A stretch of 64,000 nucleotides of DNA, taken from Rubripirellula sp. Lineage in GTDB: Bacteria; Planctomycetota; Planctomycetia; Pirellulales; Pirellulaceae. The position numbers were made by a program, and so were the translations under genes. Location: positions 5,696,001 to 5,760,000 of the forward strand of contig OZ244207.1 in the NCBI GenBank assembly GCA_965216875.1, read 5' to 3'. Positions 30,657-41,004 of this stretch are shown piece after piece. Within the stretch, counting starts at the first letter, position 1. Each line of letters starts with the position of its first letter. The notes beneath the pieces were generated by a model. It worked only from the letters and a program-made list of their open reading frames with translations, made no database searches and was not told the DNA's origin.

Positions 30657-30923
30657 CTAGCTTGCAGCTGACTTGACCAACTTGTTCAGACGGCTCTTGG
30701 TGCGTGCAGCAGCGTTCTTGTGGATCAAGTTCTTGCTTGCGGCACGATCGAGTCGCTTGGTTGCCAAGCGGAATTCCGATTGAGCCTTTTCCGAATCGCC
30801 AGCCTTCACGGCTTCGCGGACGCGGCGAATCTGAGTTCGCATTTGGCTCTTGAGCGCGCGGTTGTGTTGGCGGCGCTTGTCGTTTTGGCGGAGTCGCTTT
30901 TTGGCACTTGCTGTGTTAGGCAT
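30657..30923 (-). CDS. rpsT: 30S ribosomal protein S20
   Basis: MPNTASAKKRLRQN...IHKNAAARTKSRL. Confidence 0.98.
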   Translation of the reverse strand: MPNTASAKKRLRQNDKRRQHNRALKSQMRTQIRRVREAVKAGDSEKAQSEFRLATKRLDRAASKNLIHKNAAARTKSRLNKLVKSAAS

Positions 30924-31133
30924 ACTTCGTCGGGACGCCTACGGGCGTCAAAAGATGGATTTGAGTGTTTTGAGTTCTATTCTGATCGGGCTTCCGGCCC
31001 AACATGCATTCATTCGGCCCCACGTGCATTCCGGGCCGCCCCGTAGGTTTCTTCGGCCTTACCGGGCCGCGTAGTATGGCAATCTGTTCGTCCGCTGTCC
31101 AGAGTCACCCTTGAAAGCGCAAAATGTCTTTCA

Positions 31134-32660
31134 ATGAATGACTCAAACAACCCCGGAATGGCTTACCTGATCGGCGCAGGCCCCGGCGCGCCAGGACTCC
31201 TGACGCTGCGCGGAGCCGAGCTGCTCGGCAAGGCCGACGTCGTCCTGTACGACGGACTCAGCAACGCCCAATTGCTCGCTCACGCCCCCCAAGCAGAACC
31301 GATTTGCGTGGGAAAACACGGGCAATCTCGCATTTGGACCCAGGACGAAATCACAGCGGAGATGATCCGCCACGCCAAGGCAGGAAAGGTGGTGGCCCGC
31401 CTGAAAGGGGGAGATCCCGCCGTTTTCGCCCGCACGGCCGAGGAGGCCGAGGCGCTCAAGGAGGCGGGGATTTCTTTCGAGATTGTTCCGGGGATCACCG
31501 CCGCCCTGGCCGCCGGATCGTACGCTGGAATCCCGGTCACCCACCGAAAACTTGCCTCCGCGGTCGCCCTGGTCACCGGTCACGAGGAACCGGGCAAGGC
31601 GGAATCGGCCCTCGACTGGGACGCACTGGCCCGATTTCCGGGCACGCTGGTCATCTACATGGGCGTCACCACCGCAGGCACCTGGACCAAGGCCCTGCTC
31701 GATGCGGGCAAGGCTCCCGAAACGCCTGCCGCTCTGATTCGCCGCTGCAGTCACCATGACCAACAGACGTTGCATTGTCGGCTCGACGAAGTCGCCGAGC
31801 GGCTCACTCCAGCAAGTAAGTTTCGACCGCCAGTGATCGTGATCCTTGGCGAAGTCACCAGCGTCGCTGAAACGATGCGATGGCTCGACCTGCGTCCGCT
31901 TCACGGTCAAACCGTACTGGTCACCCGTCCGGCATCCCAAGCCGAAGCCTTGGCGGCACCTCTTCGCGAAGCCGGTGCAAATGTGCTGGTTCAACCGGCA
32001 ATCGAAATTGGGCCGCTGGCCGACAATGCGGAACTGGACTCCGCCATCGATCGAATCGACTCGTTCGATTGGATCACGTTCAGCAGCCGAAATGGCGTCG
32101 ACTACTTTATTCGCCGTCTCAAACAACAAGGCCGCGACCTTCGAGCCCTCGGCGGTGTGAAGATCGCCGTGGTTGGCAAAAAAACGGCAATGGCACTCGA
32201 GCAATATCACCTCAGCGCCGACCTGGTCCCCGACGACTTTTGTGCCGAATCACTTGCCGAGCAACTTTCATCCAACGCCGCTTCGGGACAACGCTTCCTG
32301 CTTGTTGGTGCAAGTCGTGGGCGCGACGTGTTGGCAAGCCAACTTCAAAACGCCGGCGCCGATGTCACGGCGGTCGCAGCCTACGATCATCGAGATGTCG
32401 AACACGCCGATCCATCGATCGCTCAATCGCTTGAAGCAGGAAAGATTGATTGGGTCACGATCACAAGCAGCGCCGCGGCGCAAAGTTTGTACCAACTCTT
32501 TGGCGATCGCCTTAAAAGCGCGAAGCTTGCAAGTCTGAGCCCCATCACAACCCAAACGATCAAAGAGCTTGGCCACAACGTTGCCGCCGAAGCCGACCCG
32601 TACACCATGGACGCGCTGGTCAAGTCGATTCAGCATGAATCGATACAAGAGAACGATTAG
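31134..32660 (+). CDS. cobA: fused uroporphyrinogen-III C-methyltransferase / uroporphyrinogen-III synthase
   Basis: GAGPG.PGLLT, RLKGGDP, VPGITA, VTGHE, YMG; HemD half with VLVTRP, FSSRNGV, TSSAA. Confidence 0.93.
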   Translation: MNDSNNPGMAYLIGAGPGAPGLLTLRGAELLGKADVVLYDGLSNAQLLAHAPQAEPICVGKHGQSRIWTQDEITAEMIRHAKAGKVVARLKGGDPAVFARTAEEAEALKEAGISFEIVPGITAALAAGSYAGIPVTHRKLASAVALVTGHEEPGKAESALDWDALARFPGTLVIYMGVTTAGTWTKALLDAGKAPETPAALIRRCSHHDQQTLHCRLDEVAERLTPASKFRPPVIVILGEVTSVAETMRWLDLRPLHGQTVLVTRPASQAEALAAPLREAGANVLVQPAIEIGPLADNAELDSAIDRIDSFDWITFSSRNGVDYFIRRLKQQGRDLRALGGVKIAVVGKKTAMALEQYHLSADLVPDDFCAESLAEQLSSNAASGQRFLLVGASRGRDVLASQLQNAGADVTAVAAYDHRDVEHADPSIAQSLEAGKIDWVTITSSAAAQSLYQLFGDRLKSAKLASLSPITTQTIKELGHNVAAEADPYTMDALVKSIQHESIQEND

Positions 32661-32706
32661 CCCCAAGAAACTCGTCGCTACCGAATCCCACTCCGAGGAC
32701 AGAATC

Positions 32707-33021
32707 ATGATTCCCAAACCCTACATGCAAATGCATCAAGATCACCCCGATCTGATGAAGGCCTACGAATCGTTTGGTGAAGCAACCCGTATGGCCGGTC
32801 CACTGACGGCGCGCGAGGCCGCGCTGGTCAAACTGGCGATCTCCGTCGGCGCGGGTCTCGAAGGCGCCGCCCATTCGCATTGCCGCAAAGCACTTGAAGC
32901 CGGTTGCACACCGGGCGAACTTCGTCACGTCGCGCTGCTCTCGGCACCTACGATCGGCTTTCCAACCATGATGCGAGCTCGTTCGTGGGTCGAAGACGTC
33001 CTTGAAAAGCAATCGTCGTGA
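32707..33021 (+). CDS. carboxymuconolactone decarboxylase (CMD/AhpD-like) family protein
   Basis: GPLTAREAALVKLAIS...HSHCRKALEAGCT.GEL..PTIGFP; GAGGA RBS. Confidence 0.85.
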   Translation: MIPKPYMQMHQDHPDLMKAYESFGEATRMAGPLTAREAALVKLAISVGAGLEGAAHSHCRKALEAGCTPGELRHVALLSAPTIGFPTMMRARSWVEDVLEKQSS

Positions 33022-33599
33022 CGCGAACGTTGTTGGGTGCCGTCCTTTGTGGCGGTCGATCAAAACGTATGGGTCGCGACAAAGCGTTGCTCGAAACCGG
33101 CGACGGGATTCGTTTCATCGACCATGCCATCGATCGACTCGGGCCACTCTGCGACAAGGTCTGCCTTTCCGGGGCAAGTGACTACGACACAGGCTCGACC
33201 GTCGTGGCCGACATCGTTCCGGATCCACCGGATGCCCCCAATCCAATGGGGCCCGCCGTGGCGGTGATCAGTGTCTTGAAACACGGGACCGAAGAGAGCT
33301 TTGACGGTTGCCTTTTCACACCGGTCGACATGCCCTACCTGACCCGGCAAGATCTCATGTTGCTTCGCGACGCTTGGAAACAGGATCCCCAAACCCTTGT
33401 CTGTGGGATTAGCGATAACGATCGCATCCTCCAACCGCTCGTCGCGATTTACCCAGCGTCGTGTTGCAACCGATTGCAGGAAGCGGTCGTAAGTGGCCAG
33501 CGGTCGCTGCGACGGTGGATAAAAAATGAACCACACACTGAAGTCACGCTCTCGGATGATGCGTGCCGAAACCTCAATCGCCCCGAAGACTTGTCCTGA
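33018..33599 (+). CDS. mobA: molybdenum cofactor guanylyltransferase
   Basis: LCGGRSKRMGRDKA, PVDMP, QPLVAIY, NLNRPED; GTGA overlap with the upstream gene. Confidence 0.9.
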   Translation: MTRTLLGAVLCGGRSKRMGRDKALLETGDGIRFIDHAIDRLGPLCDKVCLSGASDYDTGSTVVADIVPDPPDAPNPMGPAVAVISVLKHGTEESFDGCLFTPVDMPYLTRQDLMLLRDAWKQDPQTLVCGISDNDRILQPLVAIYPASCCNRLQEAVVSGQRSLRRWIKNEPHTEVTLSDDACRNLNRPEDLS

Positions 33600-33638
33600 T
33601 CACGTGGACGCACCCTGCTTGCCAAACTGAATAGCCCA

Positions 33639-34838
33639 ATGCCTGGAAAGTTCAAATTCGATTCGCCAGAAACGGCACTTCACGCACTCGCCGCCAAACT
33701 TCACACGGTCGATTCAGCCGACGCGAGTGCTGACCCGACCGGACAAGCCCTGTTCGAAGATCTCGTTGCCGATCGGGACAGTCCTGCGGCAGACGTTTCG
33801 GCAATGGACGGATACGCCGTCGAACTCGATGCGCTGAACCAAGCGGGCGAGATTCAGGTCGTGGGTGAAAGTGCGCCCGGTGCCGCGCCCCCTTCGTTAC
33901 AAACGGGCACCGCCGTGCGGATCTTTACCGGCGCGATCGTGCCTGCTGAAGCGGACTTGGTCATCAAACGCGAAGATACCGACGAATCCGAAACCGCAAT
34001 CGTGCTTTCCAACGCCGCCAAACAACTCGGCACTGGCGAGAACATCCGTCGTGCAGGCGAAAACGCAAGGCAAGGTGCGATCGTCCTCTCAAGAGGCACG
34101 CAAGTCACCGCAGCCGTTCGCGCAACGATGGCGAACTTTGGTGTCTACCAAGCCAAAACGTTTCGACCGGTGCGCGTCAGCATCATCACCTCGGGCAATG
34201 AAGTCGGTTTGTTCGAAGACGCATCCCCCGAAGCGTGGCAACTGCGAAACAGCAATCGCTTTGCCATCGAATCGCTACTTGCCAAACCATGGATCAACCT
34301 CGTCGGTGCGCATCATTGTCGCGACGACCAACAATCACTTCACGAAACCGTCCAAAAATGCATCTCCGAATCCGATGCGGTTCTGTTGACCGGTGGCGTT
34401 TCGATGGGTGACTACGACTACGTGCCCGATGTGGTCGCGGGCGCCGGCGGCGAAATTGTTTTTCACGGCCTGCCGATCCGGCCAGGCAAACCGATCCTGG
34501 GAGCGGCCACGGGTGATGGAAAGCTGATCATCGGTCTGCCAGGCAATCCGGTCAGTGCCACCGTTTGTTGTCACCGCTTTGCCTTGCCGCTGCTTGCCAA
34601 GATGAATGGCCAAACCGATTGGAACCCGTCGCAAACAAAGATCCCGTTTGCGGGAGCGGGTGACAAAACGATCCCATTGCATTGGATGCGGTTGGCAAAG
34701 CTAACGCCCGACGGCGCCGTCGCGATTCAAAGCCAAGGCTCAGGCGACTTGGTTTCGCTAGGTCAAAGCACCGGGTATGTCGAAGTCGCCCCCAGTGAAA
34801 GCGGTCCCGGCCCCTGGCCCTACCGAGCCTGGCAGTAG
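33639..34838 (+). CDS. moeA: molybdopterin molybdenumtransferase
   Basis: SAMDGYA, RIFTGA, TGGVSMGDYD, RPGKP, GLPGNPVS. Confidence 0.93.
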   Translation: MPGKFKFDSPETALHALAAKLHTVDSADASADPTGQALFEDLVADRDSPAADVSAMDGYAVELDALNQAGEIQVVGESAPGAAPPSLQTGTAVRIFTGAIVPAEADLVIKREDTDESETAIVLSNAAKQLGTGENIRRAGENARQGAIVLSRGTQVTAAVRATMANFGVYQAKTFRPVRVSIITSGNEVGLFEDASPEAWQLRNSNRFAIESLLAKPWINLVGAHHCRDDQQSLHETVQKCISESDAVLLTGGVSMGDYDYVPDVVAGAGGEIVFHGLPIRPGKPILGAATGDGKLIIGLPGNPVSATVCCHRFALPLLAKMNGQTDWNPSQTKIPFAGAGDKTIPLHWMRLAKLTPDGAVAIQSQGSGDLVSLGQSTGYVEVAPSESGPGPWPYRAWQ

Positions 34839-34874
34839 GCCGGATCAAGGAGCGACAGCGACGCAGATCCGGCA
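34835..34874 (+). repeat. REP element family A copy overlapping the moeA stop
   Basis: The TAG inside GTAG is the moeA stop codon. Confidence 0.85.
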
Positions 34875-34961
34875 CGGTCTCCCCCTGAGCCGCTGGCCGT
34901 CAGGCCCCGGGCCCTTGGCCCTTGGCCCTTGGAACGCGTGCTAACGGTACAGGGTCCGACA

Positions 34962-36344
34962 CTACGCGATGATGTCGGTCATCACGTTTCCGTGAACGTC
35001 GGTCAAACGGAAATCACGGCCGGCGTAACGGTAAGTCAGTTGTTCGTGGTCGAGACCCAACAGATGCAGAATCGTGGCGTGCCAGTCGTGAATGTGGCAC
35101 TTGTCCTCGACCGCTTCATAACCATGTTCGTCGGTGTTGCCGTAGCTGAAACCACCTTTGACGCCTCCGCCAGCCATCCAGGTCGTGTAGCCCTTGTTGT
35201 TGTGATTTCGGCCATCGCCATTCTGGGCTGCCGGAGTTCGTCCGAACTCGCCGCCCCAAATCACGAGCGTGTCTTTCAACATGTCGCGTTGCTTCAAGTC
35301 TTGCAGCAAGCCGGCAATCGGTTTGTCACACGCCTCGGCACGCAGTTGATGATCGGTTGAAAGGTTGACGTGTTGATCCCAGTTGCCGTGCGTCACTTCG
35401 ACGAACCGCACGCCCGCTTCGATGAAACGTCGCGCGAGTAAGCACTGACGACCAAATCCAGCCGTTTCGCCACCGTCGGCTCCGTACATCGCAAGGGTTT
35501 CTTGCGATTCGTTTGACGTGTCCATCAATTCCGGCATCGCGTCCTGCATTCGGAACGCGAGTTCGTACGATTCGATTACCCCTTCGACGCCCGGTTGGTT
35601 CTTTTCGCGACGCAGCTTTTCGCGATTCAATGCTTGAACGAAATCAAGCTGGCTGCGTTGCTGCTTTTCCGACAGACGCGGGTTCTTGATATCGGGCACA
35701 GACTGACCACTCGCACCCGCGCGGGCGATTCGCTGTGCGGCTCGGCCACCACGGCCCACCTTGGTCCCTCCGTAGATTGCAGGCAGGAACGAACTGCCAT
35801 AGTTACGCGAACTCCCCGATGGCGGACTCAGCGAAACGAACCCTGGCAAGCTATCGTTTTCAGTCCCGAGTCCGTACAAAGTCCAAGCGCCGAGCGACGG
35901 ACGAATGAACTGAGCCGTTCCAGTGTGCATCTGCGTCATCGCACCCGGATGAACCGGTTGGTCACACTGCATCGAACGAATCAGACAGAGGTCGTCGGCG
36001 TGTCCAGCAACATTGGGAAAGAGATCGGAAATCCAAAGACCGCTTTCACCGCGCTGACGAAACTCCCAAGGCGACTTCAACAGCGTCCCGCCGTAGCGTC
36101 CACCTTTACCGTGGTCTTGTTTGAGCTGGGGTTTGTAGTCGAACGTATCGACGTGCGACGGGCCGCCCTGCATGCACAGGAAGATCACCCGCTTGGCCTT
36201 CGCAGGAAAATGCGGTGCCTTGGGCGCGAGTGGGTTGTTGTTGGCCGCTTCCTCGGTCGCCGACGCCATGCTGCTGAGTCCCGCGAACGCGAGGTACCCA
36301 AAACCAGCGGATGCGTTTTGCAAGACTTCTCGTCGAGTAAACAT
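34962..36344 (-). CDS. DUF1501 domain protein (Tat-exported)
   Basis: TRREVL twin-arginine; MQGGPSHVDTFDYKP, WDQH, GEFGRTP, GRNHN. Confidence 0.93.
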   Translation of the reverse strand: MFTRREVLQNASAGFGYLAFAGLSSMASATEEAANNNPLAPKAPHFPAKAKRVIFLCMQGGPSHVDTFDYKPQLKQDHGKGGRYGGTLLKSPWEFRQRGESGLWISDLFPNVAGHADDLCLIRSMQCDQPVHPGAMTQMHTGTAQFIRPSLGAWTLYGLGTENDSLPGFVSLSPPSGSSRNYGSSFLPAIYGGTKVGRGGRAAQRIARAGASGQSVPDIKNPRLSEKQQRSQLDFVQALNREKLRREKNQPGVEGVIESYELAFRMQDAMPELMDTSNESQETLAMYGADGGETAGFGRQCLLARRFIEAGVRFVEVTHGNWDQHVNLSTDHQLRAEACDKPIAGLLQDLKQRDMLKDTLVIWGGEFGRTPAAQNGDGRNHNNKGYTTWMAGGGVKGGFSYGNTDEHGYEAVEDKCHIHDWHATILHLLGLDHEQLTYRYAGRDFRLTDVHGNVMTDIIA

Positions 36345-36398
36345 GAACCAATCCTGTGGTGAAAATCCAAGGCGAAATGTATGACTGGCAAGCAGCGA

Positions 36399-39284
36399 CT
36401 AGTCGATGTACCGGAACTCGGCCGACGCGAACAAACTTTGACAAAGGGCGATGAGTGTTTCCTTACCGCGTGAACGCAACTGCGTCGTGGTTGTCGGCGC
36501 GAATGATTTAAAGAACGAAGCAGTCGCAGCGCGTTCGCCACTGGTCGGTGGACGTCCATAAGCGAGCACGAAAGCGGCGCGAATTTGATCACTCATGCGT
36601 TCGTTGTTTTCGACGATCCGATCGGCAAAGGCCTCGCTCTGCTGCAGGACGAACGGGTTGTTCATCATGTAGAGCGCCTGGTTGGCTGTATTGGAGGCTT
36701 CCCGCGTCCCTGTCACCGTACTCGCGTCTGCAAAGTCAAAAACTTCCATCGACCGCGGCAACTCATCGCGAACGATCGGCAGGTAGACACTGCGGAACTT
36801 GGCGTCTTGCATGTCGAGTTGGTTTTGCACTCGTTCCGCGATTGCTTGAAAATCAAAACCACTAGGGCGTTGACCGGGACGTCCCATGTTTTGTCCGGCC
36901 ATGTTTTGCCGTCCCATTCCGGGTCGACCTTGACTTTGTCGCCCCATTCCAGGACGCCCTTCGCCGCCAGCGAATCGGTTACGTTGTGGAGATTGGGCTT
37001 GTTGTTGACCGCGTCCGCCTTGCTGGTTTCCGCCACGGAAATTTCCTCGGCCGCCAAACTGCCCGCCACCGAACTGCCCGCCACCGAACTGCCCACCACC
37101 GGGGCGTCCACCCGCTTGCATGCGGCCACGCATGGAGGATCCACCTGCCATCTTGCTTGCCAGTTCCCGTGCCATTTCACGAGGATCTCGCAGGGCGCCA
37201 TCTCGCACACGTACGTAACCAGCTTTGGCCACTTCACTTCCGCGTGGCCGATCCAGTTCGATCTCACCACTGACGCTCAACATTGCGTCGCGAATCGCTT
37301 CGGCGTCCAACCGCCGCGGATTGGCTCGCCACACCAACGCGTTGTCGGGGTCATATTCAAAGCTGCGTTGATCAAACTCGCTGCTAACGCGATAGATATG
37401 CGAGGTAGCGATTTCGCGAACAATCGATTTGACGGACCAACCTGATTCCACAAACCGAACCGCCAAGTAATCGAGCAATTCTGGATGACTCGGCGCCTGG
37501 CCGGTCACGCCAAAGTTCTCGGTCGATGTCACCAGTCCTTGGCCGATCATGTGCTGCCAAATCCGATTGACCATCACGCGAGCGGTCAACGGATTGTCAT
37601 CGCTTCCGATCCAGCGAGCCAATTCCAAACGGCCACTCGAACTGGTACCGATCGTGGGCGAATGATCACAAAGTGCTTGAGGGAAACCACGTTTGATCAC
37701 CGGACCGCGTTGGTCGATTTCACCTCGAGCCAGCAGCGGAATGTCTCGAACCGATTCGCGATCCTGAACGCCCATGCAATAGCTTCGGGGGTTTCCATCG
37801 TTGTCGACGACCGAAAGCTTGGCTGAAATCGTTGCGAGCTGGTTTGCAGCACGCAGCCGTTGTTGTTGCGCTGTTCGCGCGTTGCCGGTATCGCTGCCTG
37901 CGTTTCGATTGCGACGCAGTTGGGCGAGCTGGTCCATCTGATCCCGCATCGAATCTTTCAGCTCTTGGAGCTCATTGGAGCTGTACCGCTTGTCGAAGGG
38001 ATTCGGATCCTCAACGGGCAGCAGAATCAAACTACTCGTGCGTCTCGCCTGCACTCCCGAGAAGTTGCCGTACTCGGAGGGCGGATTGCCAAAAAAGGTC
38101 TCCGTGCTGGCGAAGATTCCGGCCAGAGCGTAATAGTCCGTTTGCGGAATCGCGTCGAACTTGTGGTCGTGGCATCGTGCACATGCAACCGATGTACCAA
38201 GGAACACGCGAGTGGTCGCATCGATTTGTTCGTCAACGACATCCGCTGCAAACTGAACCGCATTCTGTTCGTTGACGTTTTTGGGGCCCATCGCCAGAAA
38301 ACTCGTGGCGACCAAGTTCTTCGCCCACTGCTGGTCGCTCTTGACGGGCAACAAGTCACCGGCGATCTGTTCTTGCACAAACTGATCAAACGGTTTGTCT
38401 TCGTTGAACGAGTCAATCACGTAGTCTCGATATCGCCACGCATGGGGGTAGGTCATGTTGACTTCGCGGCCCGTCGATTCGCCGTACCGTGCAACGTCGA
38501 GCCAATGACGTCCCCAGCGTTCGCCAAATTGTTCTTTTTGAAGAAGCTGGTCCACAACAAACGCGATCGCTTCTTGCGGGTCTTCGTCCCACTTCGATTC
38601 AAAGTACTTGATCTGCTCAGGACTCGGTGGCAATCCGACAAGGTCAAAGCAAAGTCGACGGAGCACTTTGTAGGCCGTTGCGTCTTCGCTTGGCGCGAGT
38701 CCTGATTGTTCCAGGTTGGCAAGAATGTGCCGGTCGATGTCGGACTGCACCCAAGTTTCGTTTTCGACTTGGGGTGCCTTGTTCTTTTCTGGTTTCTTGT
38801 ACGCCCAAAAGGTTTCTTTGGCGTGCTGAATGTCTTCTTCCGAGATCGTCGATTTGATCTCAGCAACTTTGGTTTGCCGCGGATCGGGTGCGCCCATTTC
38901 GATCCACTTGCGGAAGTCGGCGATCACTTCGTCCGACAGTTTGCGTTTGGGCGGCATCACGAAGTCTTCGTGAGTCATCGCGGTGTAGAGCAAACTCAGG
39001 TCGGGTTCACCTGGAACAACGGCTGGCCCGCTGCTTCCCCCAATGTGCGTCAACTCGCGCGTATCGAGCCGTAGTCCACCACGAACATTTCCAGCCTTGG
39101 TCGAATGGCAGCCGTAACACTCTTTGATCAAAACGGGACGAATCTTCGACTCGAAGAATTTCACCTCATCAGCGGTGAGCGCCTCTTCCGCACGCGCCGG
39201 CGTCACCGCCATCGTGGCCACCAAGACCAAACCCATAGCGATCGTGATGGCGTGAAGGTTCAAAGCGTGTGAATTTCGTTTCAT
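36399..39284 (-). CDS. planctomycete cytochrome c (PSCyt1) + DUF1549 + DUF1553 protein
   Basis: FFESKIRPVL..CYGCH, GERWGRHWLDVARY, CARCHDHKFD, TARVMVNRIWQH, PSHPELLD, SAEFRYID. Confidence 0.92.
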   Translation of the reverse strand: MKRNSHALNLHAITIAMGLVLVATMAVTPARAEEALTADEVKFFESKIRPVLIKECYGCHSTKAGNVRGGLRLDTRELTHIGGSSGPAVVPGEPDLSLLYTAMTHEDFVMPPKRKLSDEVIADFRKWIEMGAPDPRQTKVAEIKSTISEEDIQHAKETFWAYKKPEKNKAPQVENETWVQSDIDRHILANLEQSGLAPSEDATAYKVLRRLCFDLVGLPPSPEQIKYFESKWDEDPQEAIAFVVDQLLQKEQFGERWGRHWLDVARYGESTGREVNMTYPHAWRYRDYVIDSFNEDKPFDQFVQEQIAGDLLPVKSDQQWAKNLVATSFLAMGPKNVNEQNAVQFAADVVDEQIDATTRVFLGTSVACARCHDHKFDAIPQTDYYALAGIFASTETFFGNPPSEYGNFSGVQARRTSSLILLPVEDPNPFDKRYSSNELQELKDSMRDQMDQLAQLRRNRNAGSDTGNARTAQQQRLRAANQLATISAKLSVVDNDGNPRSYCMGVQDRESVRDIPLLARGEIDQRGPVIKRGFPQALCDHSPTIGTSSSGRLELARWIGSDDNPLTARVMVNRIWQHMIGQGLVTSTENFGVTGQAPSHPELLDYLAVRFVESGWSVKSIVREIATSHIYRVSSEFDQRSFEYDPDNALVWRANPRRLDAEAIRDAMLSVSGEIELDRPRGSEVAKAGYVRVRDGALRDPREMARELASKMAGGSSMRGRMQAGGRPGGGQFGGGQFGGGQFGGRGNFRGGNQQGGRGQQQAQSPQRNRFAGGEGRPGMGRQSQGRPGMGRQNMAGQNMGRPGQRPSGFDFQAIAERVQNQLDMQDAKFRSVYLPIVRDELPRSMEVFDFADASTVTGTREASNTANQALYMMNNPFVLQQSEAFADRIVENNERMSDQIRAAFVLAYGRPPTSGERAATASFFKSFAPTTTTQLRSRGKETLIALCQSLFASAEFRYID

Positions 39285-39524
39285 CGTCACTGCTCGTCTT
39301 GTCGTTGACGTCACGTTCTCTGCTCTCGCTAGAAATGTACCCCTCGCGGAATGTGAAACCGCGAAAAGATGCCTGATGTTTCGGAAGAAAACGCCGATTG
39401 CGGAGGAGGTAGGCCGGGTCAAGGAGCCACAGCGACGCTGATCCGTCATGATCCTCTCCGTCAGCGTCGTTTGCAGCACCACCTTGAGGTGGCTTGCGGA
39501 AGATTCCGGCCAAAGCCGGTCGTT

Positions 39525-39986
39525 TTAGACGTCGTTGCCAGGACGCTTTGGTCGCTCGCCACCGGGAACGCCAGCGTCGTCGCCTCGATTGCGTTTGCCG
39601 CCTGCTTTTCCACCGGGCTTGCCAGCACCCGCTTGGCCTGGACCGCCTGGGCGTCGACGCATTCCCTGGCCTTGCCCAGGTCCTTGACCCTGTCCACCAC
39701 GTTGTCGCATGGCGGTCATCGCTGCGCCCAACTCGGTTGCATCAAGTTTCTGGTCGCCGTCTTTGTCGAATCGTTGAATCATCATGCGAGCCATTTCCGA
39801 AGGATCTCGCGAACCACGTTGGCCTTGTCCTTGTCCGCGTTGTCCTTGACCGGCTCCCTTACCACCTGGGCCGCCGGCGCGTTGCCCTTTCTTGCCGCCT
39901 TCCCCTGCTCCGGGAGGTGCAGCAAAGCTTTCGGCGGTGAAGAAGGACATGGCGACGAACGCTGTCATCAGTGCAAACAGTCTCAT
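39525..39986 (-). CDS. secreted Gly/Gln/Arg-rich protein with one EF-hand
   Basis: Signal peptide; FDKDGDQKLDATE loop; low-complexity flanks. Confidence 0.8.
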   Translation of the reverse strand: MRLFALMTAFVAMSFFTAESFAAPPGAGEGGKKGQRAGGPGGKGAGQGQRGQGQGQRGSRDPSEMARMMIQRFDKDGDQKLDATELGAAMTAMRQRGGQGQGPGQGQGMRRRPGGPGQAGAGKPGGKAGGKRNRGDDAGVPGGERPKRPGNDV

Positions 39987-40244
39987 GGGAGTGCTTCCGG
40001 TTATTTGGATTATGTGGTTGAAACAAACCGCATGAGTCTTCTGCGGCTAGTCTGTCAAACGGAGCCGATCTCGAATTGAGGACACCCCTCGGTCAGGTTT
40101 TTCAAAAAAACGCGGATCGATCGGCAAAAAGCGAGGTTTCATAAGAAGGGTGGGATGCGTCCACTGGGAGGGTGAGGCTCCCGCCGAACCGAGTCTCCAT
40201 CCCGCAGGAGCGTACCCCTTGCCATTCTCATGACAGGTCGCGGA

Positions 40245-40266
40245 TGTCATGCGGAGCATGACCTAC
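40245..40266 (-). repeat. REP family B (GTAGGTCATGCTCCGCATGACA)
   Basis: GTAG foot plus perfect GTCATGC/GCATGAC stem; copies at 43898-43919 and 58897-58918. Confidence 0.85.
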
Positions 40267-40349
40267 GAGATCACGAACCCAAACCGAGCTCACGCCAAAA
40301 ACGTGACGGCGGGCTACAATCGTGTGATTCCCTTTTCAGCTAGTGTTTT

Positions 40350-40988
40350 ATGACCGACGTTCCCGAAAACATCTCGGACGATCTGTTACGCAATATGCGA
40401 GACGGCAGCGAAGAAGCGCTGGCGGAGGTCTTTTCGCACTATCGTGAGCGGCTGCGACGCATCATTCGGTTTCGGATCGATTACCGCGTGGCGGGTCGAA
40501 TCTCCGACTCGGACGTCTTGCAAGACACCTACATCGCCGCAGCAAAACGACTCGATCATTTTGTCGGCAATGATGAGATGCCACCGTTTCTGTGGCTTCG
40601 TTTGGTCGCATCCCAACAACTCGTTGACCTGCACCGCCAACACCTGCAAGCCGAGATGCGAGACGTCCGCAAAGAGGTGTCGCTTCAACATTCGCAACCA
40701 TCGCCACACACCTCGATGGCCATCGCCGCGCAACTGGCTGGCAAAGTCACGGCGGTCAGCGAAGTGGTTGCCCGAGCCGAACGAATCGAGCGTCTCGAAA
40801 AAACACTCAACGAAATGGATCCCATCGACCGCGAAGTCATCGCTCTGCGTCATTTCGAAGAACTCTCGAACGTCGAAACCGCTCGTGTGTTGGACATTGA
40901 AAAATCGGCAGCAAGTAAACGTTACGTCCGTGCCATGGCGCGACTTGGTGAACTGATGGCCGAGTTCGCTGCCTCGGAACAAGCGTGA
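40350..40988 (+). CDS. ECF sigma-70 factor (planctomycete, kinase-associated)
   Basis: YRERLRRII.FR, SDVLQD, WLR, DREVIALRHFEELSN.ETARVL. Confidence 0.92.
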   Translation: MTDVPENISDDLLRNMRDGSEEALAEVFSHYRERLRRIIRFRIDYRVAGRISDSDVLQDTYIAAAKRLDHFVGNDEMPPFLWLRLVASQQLVDLHRQHLQAEMRDVRKEVSLQHSQPSPHTSMAIAAQLAGKVTAVSEVVARAERIERLEKTLNEMDPIDREVIALRHFEELSNVETARVLDIEKSAASKRYVRAMARLGELMAEFAASEQA

Positions 40989-41004
40989 TGAAAGGCGCGA
41001 GATC

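Noticed and set aside
34908..34932. ggccctt heptamer run, and tgctcg hexamer run at about 27865-27882, as phase-variation tracts
   Set aside because: Only about 3 copies, located between convergent gene ends rather than in a promoter or CDS
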